Source: Octopus sinensis (Eukaryota). Taken from it: a DNA stretch of 64,000 bases. Shown here piece by piece: positions 1 through 12,789 of the stretch; within the stretch, counting starts at the first letter, position 1; each line of letters opens with the position of its first letter. The notes beneath the pieces were generated by a model. The model was not told the origin of the DNA. It ran no database searches and was given only the letters and a program-made list of their open reading frames with translations. Position numbers and translations under genes: made by a program. The stretch is from positions 5,704,001 to 5,768,000 of the forward strand of contig NC_043026.1 of NCBI RefSeq assembly GCF_006345805.1. The letters run 5' to 3'.

Positions 1-302
1 AAGAAAACAAAAAAAAAAAACCAGTGACAGAATTTCTGACATCCTTGAAATTCCAGAGAGAGAGAGTTCAGTGGTTTGTGTAAACAAAACTGAGATGACT
101 AACTATTCTGAGAGTCTAGAGCAGAACCAAAAATCTAGGTTTTTTTTTTAGGGGCCCAGCACCAAAAAAAAGTAAAACACAAGTCAATTGAAAAAGGATT
201 TATTATATTTATAGCAGGAAGACCATTGGGGGTTGTTTGAAGGATGCTTGAGGGCTGCTTGTGTCCCTGGGAGAGACGGTTGAGAAGTGCTGGCGTAGAC
301 AT

Positions 303-768
303 CAGGGTGTCCACAAATTATCTTTACAATTTGAAACATTCAGTGAAACATCATCATCATCATCATTTAATACTCTTTTACTTGCTTCAGTCATTTGACT
401 GTGGCCATGCTGGAGCACCGCCTTTTAGTCGAGCAAAGTGACCTCAGGACTTGTTCTTTGTAAGCCTAGTACTTATTCTATCGGTCTCTCTTGCTGAACC
501 GCTAAGTAACGGGAACATAAACACACCAGCATCGGTTGTCAAGCAATGCTAGGGGGACAAACACAGACGCACAAACACACACACATATATATATATACAT
601 ATATACGACGGGCTTCTTTCAGTTTCCGTCTACCAAATCCACTCACAAGGCTTTGGTTCGCCCGAGACTATAGTAGAAGACACTTGCCTGAGGTGCCACG
701 CAATGGGACTGAACCCGGAACCATGTGGTTGGTAAACAAGCTACTTACCACACAGCTACTCCTGCACC

Positions 769-809
<41 letters not shown>

Positions 810-1952
810 ACGATGGGCTTCTTTCAGTTTCCGTCTACCAAATCCACTCACAAGGCTTTGGTCGGCCCAGGGTCTATAGTAGAAGACACTTTGTCCAAGG
901 TGCCATGCAGTGGGACTGAACCCGGAACCATGTGGTCGGCAAGCAAGCTACTTCCCACACAGCCACTCCTACCCCTGTCCATTTCCCATGCATGCATAAG
1001 CAGGATGGTTGATAGGAGCTGACCAGATAGAAGATTATCTCAGGCTACTGTCTGTTTTGGCAGGCTTTTTACAGCTGGATGCCCTTCCTAATACGACCCA
1101 CCCTACAGGGTGGACTGAGTGCTCTTTATGTGGCACCAACAAAGTCGAGGTCAGTTTTGCCATGGTTTTTACAGCTGGATGCCCTTCCAAATGCCAACCA
1201 CTTTACAGTGTGGACTGGATGCTCTTTACATGGCACCAGCTTTAGCAGGGTCACCAAGTAACTTGCAAAACAAGGAATTTTGAGAGGGAAGAGGGCCCTG
1301 GAGGAGGGGAGAGGGCACTGGAGGAGGGGATCTTGTGTCAGATGATGAAAGAATAAAATGAAAAATAAGGGATAACTCAACAGTGTTAAAGACAAATGAA
1401 AGTGATTTAAAGATTAATATAAAGTACATAAGACTGGCTGTGTGGTAAGAAGCTTGCTTCGCAACCACATGGTTCCAGGTTCAGTCCCACTGCATGAAAC
1501 CTTTTACTATATAGCCTCAGTCCAATCAACGCCTTGAGAGAGTATTTGGTAGGCAGAAACTGAAAGAAGCCTGTCGTATATGTATGTATATATAGGTGTG
1601 TGCTTGTGTGTCTGTGTTTGTCCCCCACCCCCAACATCGTTTGACAACCGATGCTGGTGTGTTTACATCCCTGTAACTTAGCAGTTCGGCAAAAGAGTTT
1701 GTGCTCATCTCACCATTACTGCTTGACAACAGGTGTTGGTGTGTTTACGTCCCCATAACTGAACAGTTCAGCAAAAGAAACCAAATGTATTAAGTATTAA
1801 TAAGTATTAAGCTTAAAAAATAAGTCCTGGGGTCGATTTTTTTCAACTTAAAATTCTTCAAGGCAGTGCTGCAGCATGACCGCAGTCACGCCTGAAACAA
1901 GTAAAAGAATAGTAAATTGTGGAAGTTGTAAACATAATTTATGAACACCCTG
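303..1952. mobile_element. Possible Tc1/mariner-type MITE shell filled with SINEs
   Basis: Inverted ends CAGGGTGT[C/T]CA[C/T]AAATTAT[C/G]TTTACAA at 303 and 1952. TA is present only on the right flank. Confidence 0.5.
371..972 (-). mobile_element. SINE family A copy plus duplicated head
   Basis: tRNA-like head GGCGCAGGAGTGGCTGTGTGGTAAG...GGTTCAGTCCC (A/B boxes), central (TA/TG)n, tail GACTGAAACAAGTAAAAGAGTA. Similar copies at ~1430-1910(+), 3298-4185(-), 4403-4808(+), 5697-6102(-), 9635-10050(+), 14580-15015(-), 18100-18525(+), 25600-25990(+), 27920-28325(+) and 37400-37620. Confidence 0.9.
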
Positions 1953-4900
1953 TATAATTTTAGAAATGAGGTTTTTGTTATCTACCAAAAGCCAACACTG
2001 AGGTCACGTCAACCTGGAAGACAGACCCGGATTTTGATAAAGAATAATAGCAAGGCCTCTTTACTTGCACAATGACATATATAGGCTAAGTCATTTATCA
2101 GTTTCTATTTTCATTTTATCTTTTGCCTTTACTGTCAGGAAACAGATAATAATCTTCTACCTAAGTTGAAATTAGGATATAACTACAGTTTAGCACCCCA
2201 TTGATTTAGTATGGATGTCAGTGTTGGATGAACCATTAAGCAAAATAAGCACGTGCTTGGGGCATCAAATAGGCACCAGAAAATGGTAAATGGTGAGCTG
2301 GCAGAGTGGTTAGCACGCCAAGCAAAATGCTTAGTGGTATTTCTGAGTTCAAATTCCGCCGAGGTCGACTTTGCCTTTCATCCTTTCGGGGTCGATAAAT
2401 TAAGTACTAGTTACGTACTGGGGTCGATATAATTGACTTAATCCCTTTGTCTGTCCTTGTTTGTCCCCTCTATATTTAGCCCCTTGTGGGCAAAAAAGAA
2501 ATAAGAAACGTTAGCACGCCAGGCGAAATGCTTAGGGGTATTTCGTCCACGGTTACGTTCTGAATTCAAATTCCGCCGAGGTCGACTTTGCCTTTCATCC
2601 TTTCGGTGTTGATAAATTAAGTACCAGTTACGCACTGGGGTCGATGTAATCGACTTAATCCCTTTGTCTGTCCTTGTTTGTCCTCTCTATATTCAGCCTC
2701 TTGTGGGCAACAAAAAAATAAGAAAATGGTAACTGGTTTACAGCACAGAAGAAATCGCTTTTGATTTGTTAAAATAATATTCAGAATTACGGAGATGTAC
2801 TTGCATAGCAAGTGACTTGATCTGAGATCATGTGCTGAAACGAAAACAATTGCAGCGTGGAAGGTGTTTGGAAGCCATTTAAGAAACACACAAAAGCCGT
2901 TCGATTCACTTCAACATTTAAGTTTAATTTGTCAAAATATTTTCGTCGCTTTAAGACCGCGACGGATTTTTGTCAGTGAACAGGTCACGGTCTTAAAGTG
3001 ACGAAAATATTTGGCAAATTAAACTTAAATGTTGAAGTGAATCGAACGGCTTTTGTGTGTTTCTTAAATGGCTTATAAACACCTTCCACGCTGCAAATAT
3101 TCAGAATGACTAATCTCTACTAAGTAAAGAAGCATATGTGTTACGTAAGATTAATTTTGAGGAGCTGATCAAACATTTTAGCATTTAAAAAAAGGTAGGA
3201 GAAAACTTTTGAAATATAAAGTGGAAGTATACAACATAAACATTATCTTCCCTCTTACTGTTTTGTTTCGTTTTGAAAAATAAAGTTTATTTTATGGTTT
3301 ACTCTTTTACTTGTTTCAGTCATTTGACTGTGGCCATGCTGGAGCACCACCTTTTTAGTCGAGCAAATCAACCCCAGGACTTATTCTTTGTAAGCCTAGT
3401 ACTTATTCTATCGGTCTCTTTTGCCGAACTGCTAAGTTATACTGCCTTGAGTCGAGCAAATCAACCCCAGGACTTATTCTTTGTAAGCCTAGTACTTATT
3501 CTATCGGTCTCTTTTGCCGAACTGCTAAGTTATACTGCCTTGAGTCGAGCAAATTGACCCCAGGACTTATTCTTTGTAAGCCTAGTACTTATTCTATCAG
3601 TCTCTTTTGCCAAACCACTAAGTTATGGGGACGTAAACACATCAGCATCAGTTGTCAAGCGATGTTGGGGGGCAAACACACGCATATATATACATATGTG
3701 GAGGCGCAATGGCCAAGTGGTTAGGGCAGCGGACTCGTGGTCGTAGGATCGCGATTTCGATTCCCAGACCGGGCGTTGTGTATGTTTATTGAGCGAAAAC
3801 ACCTAAAAGCTCCACGAGGCTTCGACAGGGGGTGGTGATCCCTGCTGTACTCTTTCACCATTCTTTCTCCCACCCTTTCTTCTGTTGGCCTGCTGGCTTA
3901 GCCAGCAGGGTGGCGTCATCTGAAGGCTAAAACAATGCAAACGCATTGTGACCAGCGATGTGTAACTACATCTGATGGACTGGTCGGTCACGTGATCACG
4001 TGATATATACATATACATATATATACATATATACGATGGGCTTCTTTCAGTTTCCATCTACTAAATCCACTCACAAGGCTTTGGTCGGTCCGAGGCTATA
4101 GTAGAAGACACTTGCCCAAGGTGCCACGCAGTGGGACTGAACCCGGAACCATGTGGTTGGTAAGCAAGCTACTTACCACACAGCCTATATTTTGAATTAC
4201 ATATAAAAGTTGTAAATTTACTTTATACATTGTCAGTTAATATCTTTCCTGTGTCTCATGAAATCCAGTTGGATTTCATGAGACACATTTTTTTATGTTG
4301 ATAATTTCTTCATGTAAACTTGGTTGAGCAGAAGAGAAACATCAGAAAGAAATGGATTTATGACTCAACTAGGAATTTTAAGATCAGTAAAATCTTTAGT
4401 ATAGGCGCAGGAGTGGCTGTGTGGTAAGTAGCTTGCTAACCAACCACATGGTTCCAGGTTCAGTCCCACTGCGTGGCATCTTGGGCAAATGTCTTCTGCT
4501 ATAGCCTCAAGCCGACCAATGCCTTGTGAGTGGATTTGGTAGACGGAAACTGAAAGAAGCCCGTCGTATGTGTATATATATATATATGTGTGTGTGTCTG
4601 TGTTTGTCTCCCTAGCATTGCTTGACAACCGATGCTGGTGTGTTTACATCCCCGTCACTTAGCGCTTCGGCAAAAGAGACCGATAGAATAAGTACTAGGC
4701 TTACAAAAGAATAAGTCCCGGGGTCGAGTTGCTCGACTAAAGGCGGTGCTCCAGCATGTCCGCAGTCAAGTGACTGAAACAAGTAAAAGAGTAAAAGAGT
4801 AAAGAGTATGCTGACTGTATTACCCTATTACTCACCTCAACCCCACCTAAAACCTAACACACCCCACCTCTCTGACATGCCCAGTGCCTCATAGCGAGAA

Positions 4901-6106
4901 GGAATAAGGGGGCTTTTTTCTCATGCTGAGAACCTCTGGTTTGGATAGCAACTCTCTGTCAGGTTGAAACAGAGGTATAACTACACTTTGGTGCCCCACC
5001 AATCTTGTCTTCTTTTTCATGAGACACATCTTTTATGTTGGTAATTTTTTCGTGTAAACTTGGTTGAGCAGAAGAGAAACATCAGAAAGAAATGGATTTA
5101 TGACTCAACTAAGAATTTTAAGATCAGCGAAATCTTTAGAATGCTGACTGTATTACCCTATTACTCACCTCAACCCCACCTAAAACCTAACACACCCCAC
5201 CACCTCTCTGACATGCCCAGTGCCTCATAGCGAGAAGGAATAAGGGGGGCTTTTTCCCACACTGAGAACCTCTGGTTTGGATAGCAACTCTCTGTCATGT
5301 TGAAACAGAGGTATAACTACACTTTGGTGCCCCAACCAATTTTGCTTTCTTTTTCTTTTGTAATTTTTTTTCAATGCAAATTTCTCAATGAAATTTTTGC
5401 AGGGAAACATTTTTGATGATGTAGATTACGATTACATTGATAACATTTTTATAAAGAGCTGGATGACTTTTAAACTATTCCATTCATCACCAAAACATTT
5501 TTTAGGACAAATTTTATCAACAGGTGTGGTTGTGTGATTAAGAATCTTGCTTTCAAACCAGGTGGTCTTGGTTCAGCCCCACTGTGCAACGCAACACCTT
5601 GGGCAAGTGTCTTCTACTATAGCCCTGAGCTGATCAAAATCAAAGCCCCGTGAGTGGATTTGGTAAACAGAAACTAAAAGAAGCCCATTGTATATATACT
5701 CTTTTACTCTTTTACTTGTTTCAGTCATTTTGACTGCGGCCATGCTGGAGCACCACCTTTAATCGAGCAACTCGACCCCAGGACTTATTCTTTTGTAAGC
5801 CCAGTACTTATTCTATTGGTCTCTTTTGCCGAACCACTAAGTAACGGGGACATAAACACACCAGCATCGGTTGTCAAGCAATGCTAGGGGGACAAACACA
5901 GACACACAAACACACACATATATATATATATACATATATACGACGGGCTTCTTTCAGTTTCCGTCGACCAAATCCACTCACAAGGCTTTGGTCGGCCTGA
6001 GGCTATAGCAGAAGACACTTTTCCAAGTGTCATACAGTGGGACTGAACCCGGAACCATGTGGCTGGTTAGCAAGCTACTTACCACACAGCCACTCCTGCG
6101 ACTATG

Positions 6107-6139
<33 letters not shown>

Positions 6140-6161
6140 GATATATATATATCTATATATA

Positions 6162-6237
<76 letters not shown>

Positions 6238-6429
6238 AATAAATAAATTATAAAAAGGGCAAAAGAAAACATTTCTAATGCCAAATATGCCGCAGTTCTA
6301 TGACTGAAGCAAGTAAATGGAGATAAAGGAAGATAAATGCAATCTTCAACATAAGAGATTTATCTCAACAAAATTTTATTCAAAAATATGCGTTTTAATG
6401 AGAGTTATGAAGAAAGATGAGAGAGGGCG

Positions 6430-7200
6430 CAGGACTGGCTGTGTGTTAAGACGCTTGCTTACCAACCACATGGTTCCGGGTTCAGCCCCACTACGTGGCA
6501 CCATAGGCAAGTGTCTTCTGCTATAGCCTCAGGCTGACCAAAGCCCTGTGAGTGGATTTGGGAGATGGAAACTGAAAGAAGCCCAGTGGCTGTGTGGTAA
6601 GAAGCTTGCTTACCAACCTCATGGTTCCGGGTTCAGTCCCACTGCGTGGTATCTTAGACATGTGTCTTCTACTATAGCCTCAGACCAACCAAAGCCCTGT
6701 GAGTGGATTTGGGAGATGGAAACTGAAAGAAGCCCAGTGGCTATGTGGTAAGACGCTTGCTTACCAACCTCATGGTTGTGGGTTCAGTCCCACCGCATGG
6801 CACCTTCTGCAAGTATCCTCTATAATAGCCTTGGGCCAACCAAAGCCCTGTGAGTGGATTTGGGAGATGGAAACTGAAAGAAGCCCAGTGGCTCTGTGGT
6901 AAGAAGCTTGCTTACCAATATCATGGTTGTGGGTTCAGTTCCACTGCATGGCATCTTCGGCAAGTGTCTTCTGCTATAACCTCGAGCCGACCAAAGCCTT
7001 GTGAGTACATTTGGGAGACGGAAACTGAAAGAAGCCCATCTTACATGTATGTGTGTGTGTGTGTGTCTTTGTTCGCATGTCCAACCTCCACTTCACAACT
7101 GGTGTTGGTGGGTTTATGTCCCTGAAGCTTAGCAGTTCAGTAAAAGAGACCACTAGAATAAGTACCAGGCTTAAAAAAAAAAAAAAAATAAGGAACGGGG
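6430..7200 (+). repeat. Four tandem 151-bp SINE A heads followed by the rest of the element
   Basis: Period seen in the ORF starts 6548/6699/6850. Confidence 0.9.
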
Positions 7201-7317
7201 TCGATTCATATGACTAATGATTGAAACGAGTAAAATATAAAAGACAAAAAATATATTTTGATTAAATAAAACAGATGTGTTGAGCTTCAAAATGGTCTTG
7301 ATTAATTATTTCTATTG

Positions 7318-8466
7318 ACGAGCTGGCGGAATCGTTAGCGCGCCGGGTGAAATGCTTAGCGGTATTTCGTCTCTCGTTACGTTCTGAGTTCAAATTCCTG
7401 CCGAGGTCGACTTTGCCTTTCATCCTTTCGGGGTCGATTAAATAAGTACCAGTTACACACTGGGGTCGATGTAATCGACTTAATACCTATGTCTGTCCTT
7501 GTGTGTCCCCTCTATGTTTAGCCCCTTGTGGGTAGTAAAGAAATAGGTATTTCGTCTGCCGTTACGTTCTGAGTTCAAATTCCGCCGAGGTCGACTTTGC
7601 CTTTCATCCTTTAGGGGTCGATTAAATAAGTACCAGTTACGCACTGGGGTCAATATAATCGACTTAATCCCTTTGTCTGTCCTTGTTTGTCCCCTCTGTG
7701 TTTAGCCCCTTGTGGGTAATAAAGAAATAGGTATTTCGTCTGCCGTTACGTTCTGAGTTCAAATTCCGCTGAGGTCGACTTTGCCTTTCATCCTTTCGGG
7801 GTCGATTAAATAAGTACCAGTTATGCACTGGGATCGATATAATTGACTTAATCCGTTTGTCTATCTTTGTTTGTCCCCTCTGTGCTTAGCCCCTTGTGGG
7901 TAGTAAAGAAATAGGTATTTCGTCTCATTACGTTCTGAGTTCAAATTCGCCGAGGTCGACTTTGCCTTTCATCCTTTCGGGGTCGATTAAATAAGTACCA
8001 GTTATGCACTGGGATCGATATAATTGACTTAATCCGTTTGTCTGTCCTTGTTTGTCCCCTCTATGTTTAGCCCCTTGTGGGTAGTAAAGAAATAGGTATT
8101 TCGTCTGCCGTTACGTTCTGAGTTCAAATTCCGCCGAGGTCGACTTTGCCTTTCATCCTTTCGGGGGTCGATTAAATAAGTACCAGTTATGCACTGGGAT
8201 CGATATAATTGACTTAATCCGTTTGTCTGTCCTTGTTTGTCCCCTCTATGTTTAGCCCCTTGTGGGTAGTAAAGAAATAGGTATTTCGTCTGCCGTTACG
8301 TTCTGAGTTCAAATTCTGCCGAGGTCAACTTTGCCTTTCATCCTTTCAGGGTCGATTAAATAAGTACCAGTTACGCACTGGGGTCAATATAATCGACTTA
8401 ATCAGTTTGTCTGTCCTTGTTTGTCCCCTCTGTGTTTAGCCCCTTGTGGGTAGTAAAGAAATAGGT
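7318..8466 (+). repeat. SINE family C (Meta-domain-like) as six tandem ~180-bp units
   Basis: Core GCCGAGGTCGACTTTGCCTTTCATCCTTTCGGGGTCGATAAATTAAGTACC resembles the MetaSINE domain as I recall it. Other copies at ~2290-2730, 17163-17578, 19519-19740, 30728-30955, 36375-36605, 45640-46245, 48910-49075, 50670-50845, 52025-52165 and 59925-60155. Confidence 0.88.
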
Positions 8467-8652
8467 GATTGAATAAAACAGATGCGTTGAGCTTCAAAAT
8501 GGTTTTGATTAATTATTTCTATTGCAAATAGAACTGAAGATATAATTAAAAACAGCAGGAGTACTTTATAATAGGAGAGATGTGTGACAGTTAATGAGAG
8601 AGATATGTGACAGTTAAATACTTAAAACAGCATAAGTACTTTGTAATGATGT

Positions 8653-9038
8653 GTGGAAGCACTCCGTCGGTTACGACGATGAGGGTTCCGGTTGATCCGA
8701 ATCAACGGAACAGCCTGCTCGTGAAATTAACGTGTAAGTGGCTGAGCACTCCACAGACACGTGCACCCTTAACGTAGTTCTCGGGGATATTCAGCGTGAC
8801 ACAGAGAGTGACAAGGCCGGCCCTTTGAAATACAGGTACAACAGAAACAGGAAGTAAGAGTGAGAGAAAGTTGTGGTGAAAGAGTACAGTAGGGATCACC
8901 ACCATCCCCTGCCGGAGCTTCGTGGAGCTTTTAGGTGTTTTCGCTCAATAAACACTCACAACACCCGGTCTAGGAATCGAAACCGCGTCCTATGACCGCG
9001 AGTCCACTGCCCTAACCACTGGGCCATTGCGCCTCCAC
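8653..9038 (-). mobile_element. SINE family B (tRNA-derived head GGAGGCGCAATGGCCCAGTGGTTAGGGCAG)
   Basis: A/B boxes and a shared body. Other copies at 3698-4004(+, nested in SINE A), ~19137-19436(-), ~47190-47490(-) and ~53130-53425(-). Confidence 0.88.
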
Positions 9039-9094
9039 CATGTGACAGTTAAATACTTAAAAAAAGCATAAGTACTTTATAATGATGTATGAGG

Positions 9095-9635
9095 GAGGAA
9101 GATGGAGAGAATGTGTGTGAGTATGAGTGTGTGTGTGTGTGTGTGAATTAGAGTGTATGTGTGTGTGCATGTGTGTGTGAGACCATGAAACAGTTTGTGT
9201 GTATGAGCATGTGTGTGTGTGAGTGAGTTTGTGAGATAAGTGTGTATGTATGTGTGCATTTGTGTGTGACCATAAGTGAGTTTGTGTGTGTGCGTATGTG
9301 TGAGTATGTGAGTTAAGAATGTATGTATGTGTGTGTGAGCATGTGTGTGTGTAAGTGAGTATGTGTGAGTTAAGAGTGTATGTATGTGTACGTGTGTGTG
9401 TGTGACCATGAGTGAGTTTGTGTGTGTGCATGTGTGTGAGTGAGTGTGTGAGTTAAGAGTGTATGTATGTGTGCATGTGTGTATGAGCATGTGTGTGTGT
9501 GTATGTAAGTCAGTGTGTGAGTTAAGAGTGTGTGCATGTATGTATGACCATGAATGAGTTTGTGAGTGCCTATGAGCATGTGTGTGTGTGTGTACATGTA
9601 TATATGAGTCCATGTGCGGCAGTGTGTATATATAT
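9095..9635. repeat. TG-rich compound microsatellite
   Basis: (TG)n interspersed with GAGTTAAGAGTG units. Confidence 0.9.
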
Positions 9636-10386
9636 AGGCGCAGGGGTGGCTGTGTGGTAAGTAGCTTGCTAACCAACCACATGGTTCCGGGTTCAGTCCC
9701 ACTGCGTGGCATCTTGGGCAAGTGTCTTCTGCTATAGCCTCGGGCCGACCAATGCCTTGTGAGTGGATTTGGTAGACGGAAACTGAAAGAAGCCTGTCGT
9801 ATATATGTATATATATGTATGTGTGTGTGTTTGTGTGTCTGTGTTTGTTCCCCTAGCATTGCTTGACAACCGATGCGGGTGTGTTTACGTCCCCGTCACT
9901 TAGCGGTTCGGCAAAAAGAGACCGATAGAATAAGTACTGGGCTTACAAAAAGAATGAGTCCCGGGGTCGAGTTGCTCGACTAAATGGCGGTGCTCCAGCA
10001 TGGCCGCAGTCAAAATGACTGAAACAAGTAAAAGAAAAGAAAGAAAGAAAGAAAGTAAAAGAAATATATGTGCATGCGTCTGAGATGGTGTTTATTAACT
10101 CCACTTATATTTTGGCAACTTCTCAACTTCCTCTTGACCCTCTGTGACCTTCCAGGTGTCACCTGGAAGGTCGTACAGCAGAAAAAACTCAAAACAGGAG
10201 ACAAGAATGTCACCAGAAATATAAGAATAAACTCTGGAGTGTTGTTTAGCCATTGAAAATGATCTAACCCTTCCCCCACCCCCCGCTTCATTTGCAAACT
10301 GTAACATTTAGACACACACAAACATTAAATATGTAGGGGGGCGAGGGTGTAGGCATTATGCAGATGTATATAATTATATATATATA

Positions 10387-10771
10387 CTAGCAGTATCGCC
10401 CGGCGTTGCTCAGGTTTGTAAGGGAAATAACTATAAAGCATTTTTAGAGAGTTATAGCCAAAAAATAGCAAAAAAATGGGAAAAAAATGATGGTAAATTT
10501 TTTTTGAGAGTTAAAAAAGGTGGAGTTGCGTCCCCTAGACGGTCTGTGGTTTGGGTTTCTGATTCTCGACCCCCATGTCGAATTTATCGATTTTTTTCAG
10601 AACTGGGGGAACTTTTCAAAATTTTCGCTGCGTTAGTTTTGAATTATGACATTGGGCTATGTGTGTGTCAAGTTTCATCAGAATCGGTTGAAAGCCGTGG
10701 TCAGGGTGAGGGTACGAGAAAACAGACACACAGAAAACGCACAGACAAACTGCCGTTTATATAGAGAGAGA
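10387..10771 (-). mobile_element. Non-autonomous Helitron
   Basis: A|TC start, GAGCAACGCCGGGCGATACTGCTAG|T end (subterminal GC palindrome, CTAG terminus, A/T insertion site), no TSD. Confidence 0.85.
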
Positions 10772-10774
10772 TTT

Positions 10775-11578
10775 TACTCTTTTACTTGTTTCAGTCATTT
10801 GACTGCGGCCATGCTGGAGCACCACCTTTAGTGGAGCAAATCGACCCCGGGACTTATTCTTTGTAAGCCCAGTACTTATTCTATCGGTCTCTTTTACTTG
10901 TTTCAGTCATTTGACTGCGGCCATGCTGGAGCACCACCTTCTAGTCGAGCAAATCGACCCCAGGACTTATTCTTTGTAAGCCCAGTACTTATTCTATCGG
11001 TCTCTTTTACTTGTTTCAGTCATTTGACTGTGGCCATGCTGGAGCACCGCCTTTAGTCGAGCAAATCGACCCCGGGACTTATTCTTTGTAAGCCCAGTAC
11101 TTATTCTATCGGTCTCTTTTACTTGTTTCAGTCATTTGACTGTGGCCATGCTGGAGCACCACCTTTAGTCGAGCAAATCGACCCCAGGACTTATTCTTTG
11201 TAAGCCCAGTACTTATTCTATCGGTCTCTTTTACTTGTTTCAGTCATTTGACTGTGGCCATGCTGGAGCACCTCCTTTAGTCGAGCAAATCGACCCCGGG
11301 ACTTATTCTTTGTAAGCCTAGTACTTATTCTATCGGTTGTCAAGTGATGCTGGGGAGACAAACATATACATACATGCATATATGTGTGTGTGTATGTATG
11401 TGTGTGTACATGTATACGATGGGCTTCTTTCAGTTTCCTTCTACCAAATCCACTCACAAGGCTTTGGTCAGCCTGAGGCTATAGTAGAAGACACTTACCC
11501 AAGGTGCCACGCAGTGGGACTGAACCCGGAACCATGTGGTTGGGAAGTAGGCTTCTTACTATACAGCCATGCCTGTGC

Positions 11579-11580
<2 letters not shown>
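10775..11580 (-). repeat. SINE A with five tandem ~112-bp tail units
   Basis: CTTTTACTTG recurs at 10779, 10891, 11004, 11116 and 11228. Confidence 0.9.
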
Positions 11581-11615
<35 letters not shown>

Positions 11616-11649
11616 TGAACACACACACATGTATGCATGTATATATATA

Positions 11650-11709
<60 letters not shown>

Positions 11710-12185
11710 TCCTCTTTTCTCTCTTCTCCCCCTCTTTAATTCCTTTGACCCCCTTTTTCTCTCTATTTTATGGTTTATTACTGTTTATATTTTGAACTAC
11801 ATAAATACAAAGGAACCAAAATCTTTTAAGTGTTTAGGGCCTCTATGGGTCTTAATCTGGCCCTGTGTACTATTATAGTGGAAGGTGGAAGAGGGCTAAT
11901 AACAGAAAATTAACTAAATTTTATGAATATGAACTGATTAAACTCATTTAAATCCTCAGTAATAAATAAATCTAATCCCTTCTTTGGCTTTATATCATCC
12001 CCACCTGCTTTTTATAAGTAATTCATCAGCCGGTATAATATGACCACCTGGGATATAGGTGCTTTTAGCTGAATCCACTCTGTCATTGTTGGCCATACAT
12101 CAATTTTATTTTTCACATGAAGACCCTGTTCTATTGAAAATCCACAAGAAATAAATATACATACATATATACATACATATATATA

Positions 12186-12260
12186 TCTATATATAAACGG
12201 CAAAATGTGTGTGTGTGTGTGTCCTTTATACAAATCCACAATTTTTCAGTTAGAGGGCTG
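12186..12260 (+). mobile_element. Helitron 5' fragment
   Basis: A|TCTCTATATAAACGGC start resembles the 5' end of the 10771 copy. Confidence 0.5.
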
Positions 12261-12789
12261 CACAAAGACATATTCTATTTTAAATTGATGTAATGATTGC
12301 ATTGTTCAATTAAATGGAGTTGCATGAAACGATTGTACTGCATTACCTCTGGATATCCTTGTTGCTTATTTTGATTATATATATGTGTGTGAGTGTGTGT
12401 GTGGAGGCGCAATGGTTAGGGCAGTGGACTCACACCACATAGAAAACATATACTATAAAAACCTTATTCTAAAAATCAATAAAGTACGAAAACAATATAT
12501 AGTAAATAGTAGTAAAAAGACTATGCACGTTTCATGGCTATATTTTCAAATAATAATAATAAAATCAATTCGATTTAAAATTAAATTGATCTAAAATTAA
12601 TTCTATTTAAAAATATAGTCACTCATCAGGTCTAAAATAATAATAATAGAATAACTGTACTTATCTTAACTTATAGTAATTATCAAATAAATATAGAAGA
12701 AAACATGTATTAACTATAAATAATCAAAAAACATTTCTTAAAATAAAAACATAACTTATCTTTTTGAAAGAATTCTGTTAAGTAAAAGA

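Noticed and set aside
3698-3775. tRNA genes at SINE heads (families A, B, C and the fragment at ~52195-52240)
   Set aside because: A/B boxes are present but there is no closed cloverleaf, and each continues into a SINE body
12049-12131. Minus-strand exon candidate QGLHVKNKIDVWPTMTEWIQLKAPISQ
   Set aside because: Weak donor (GTGGTC) and no recognisable homology
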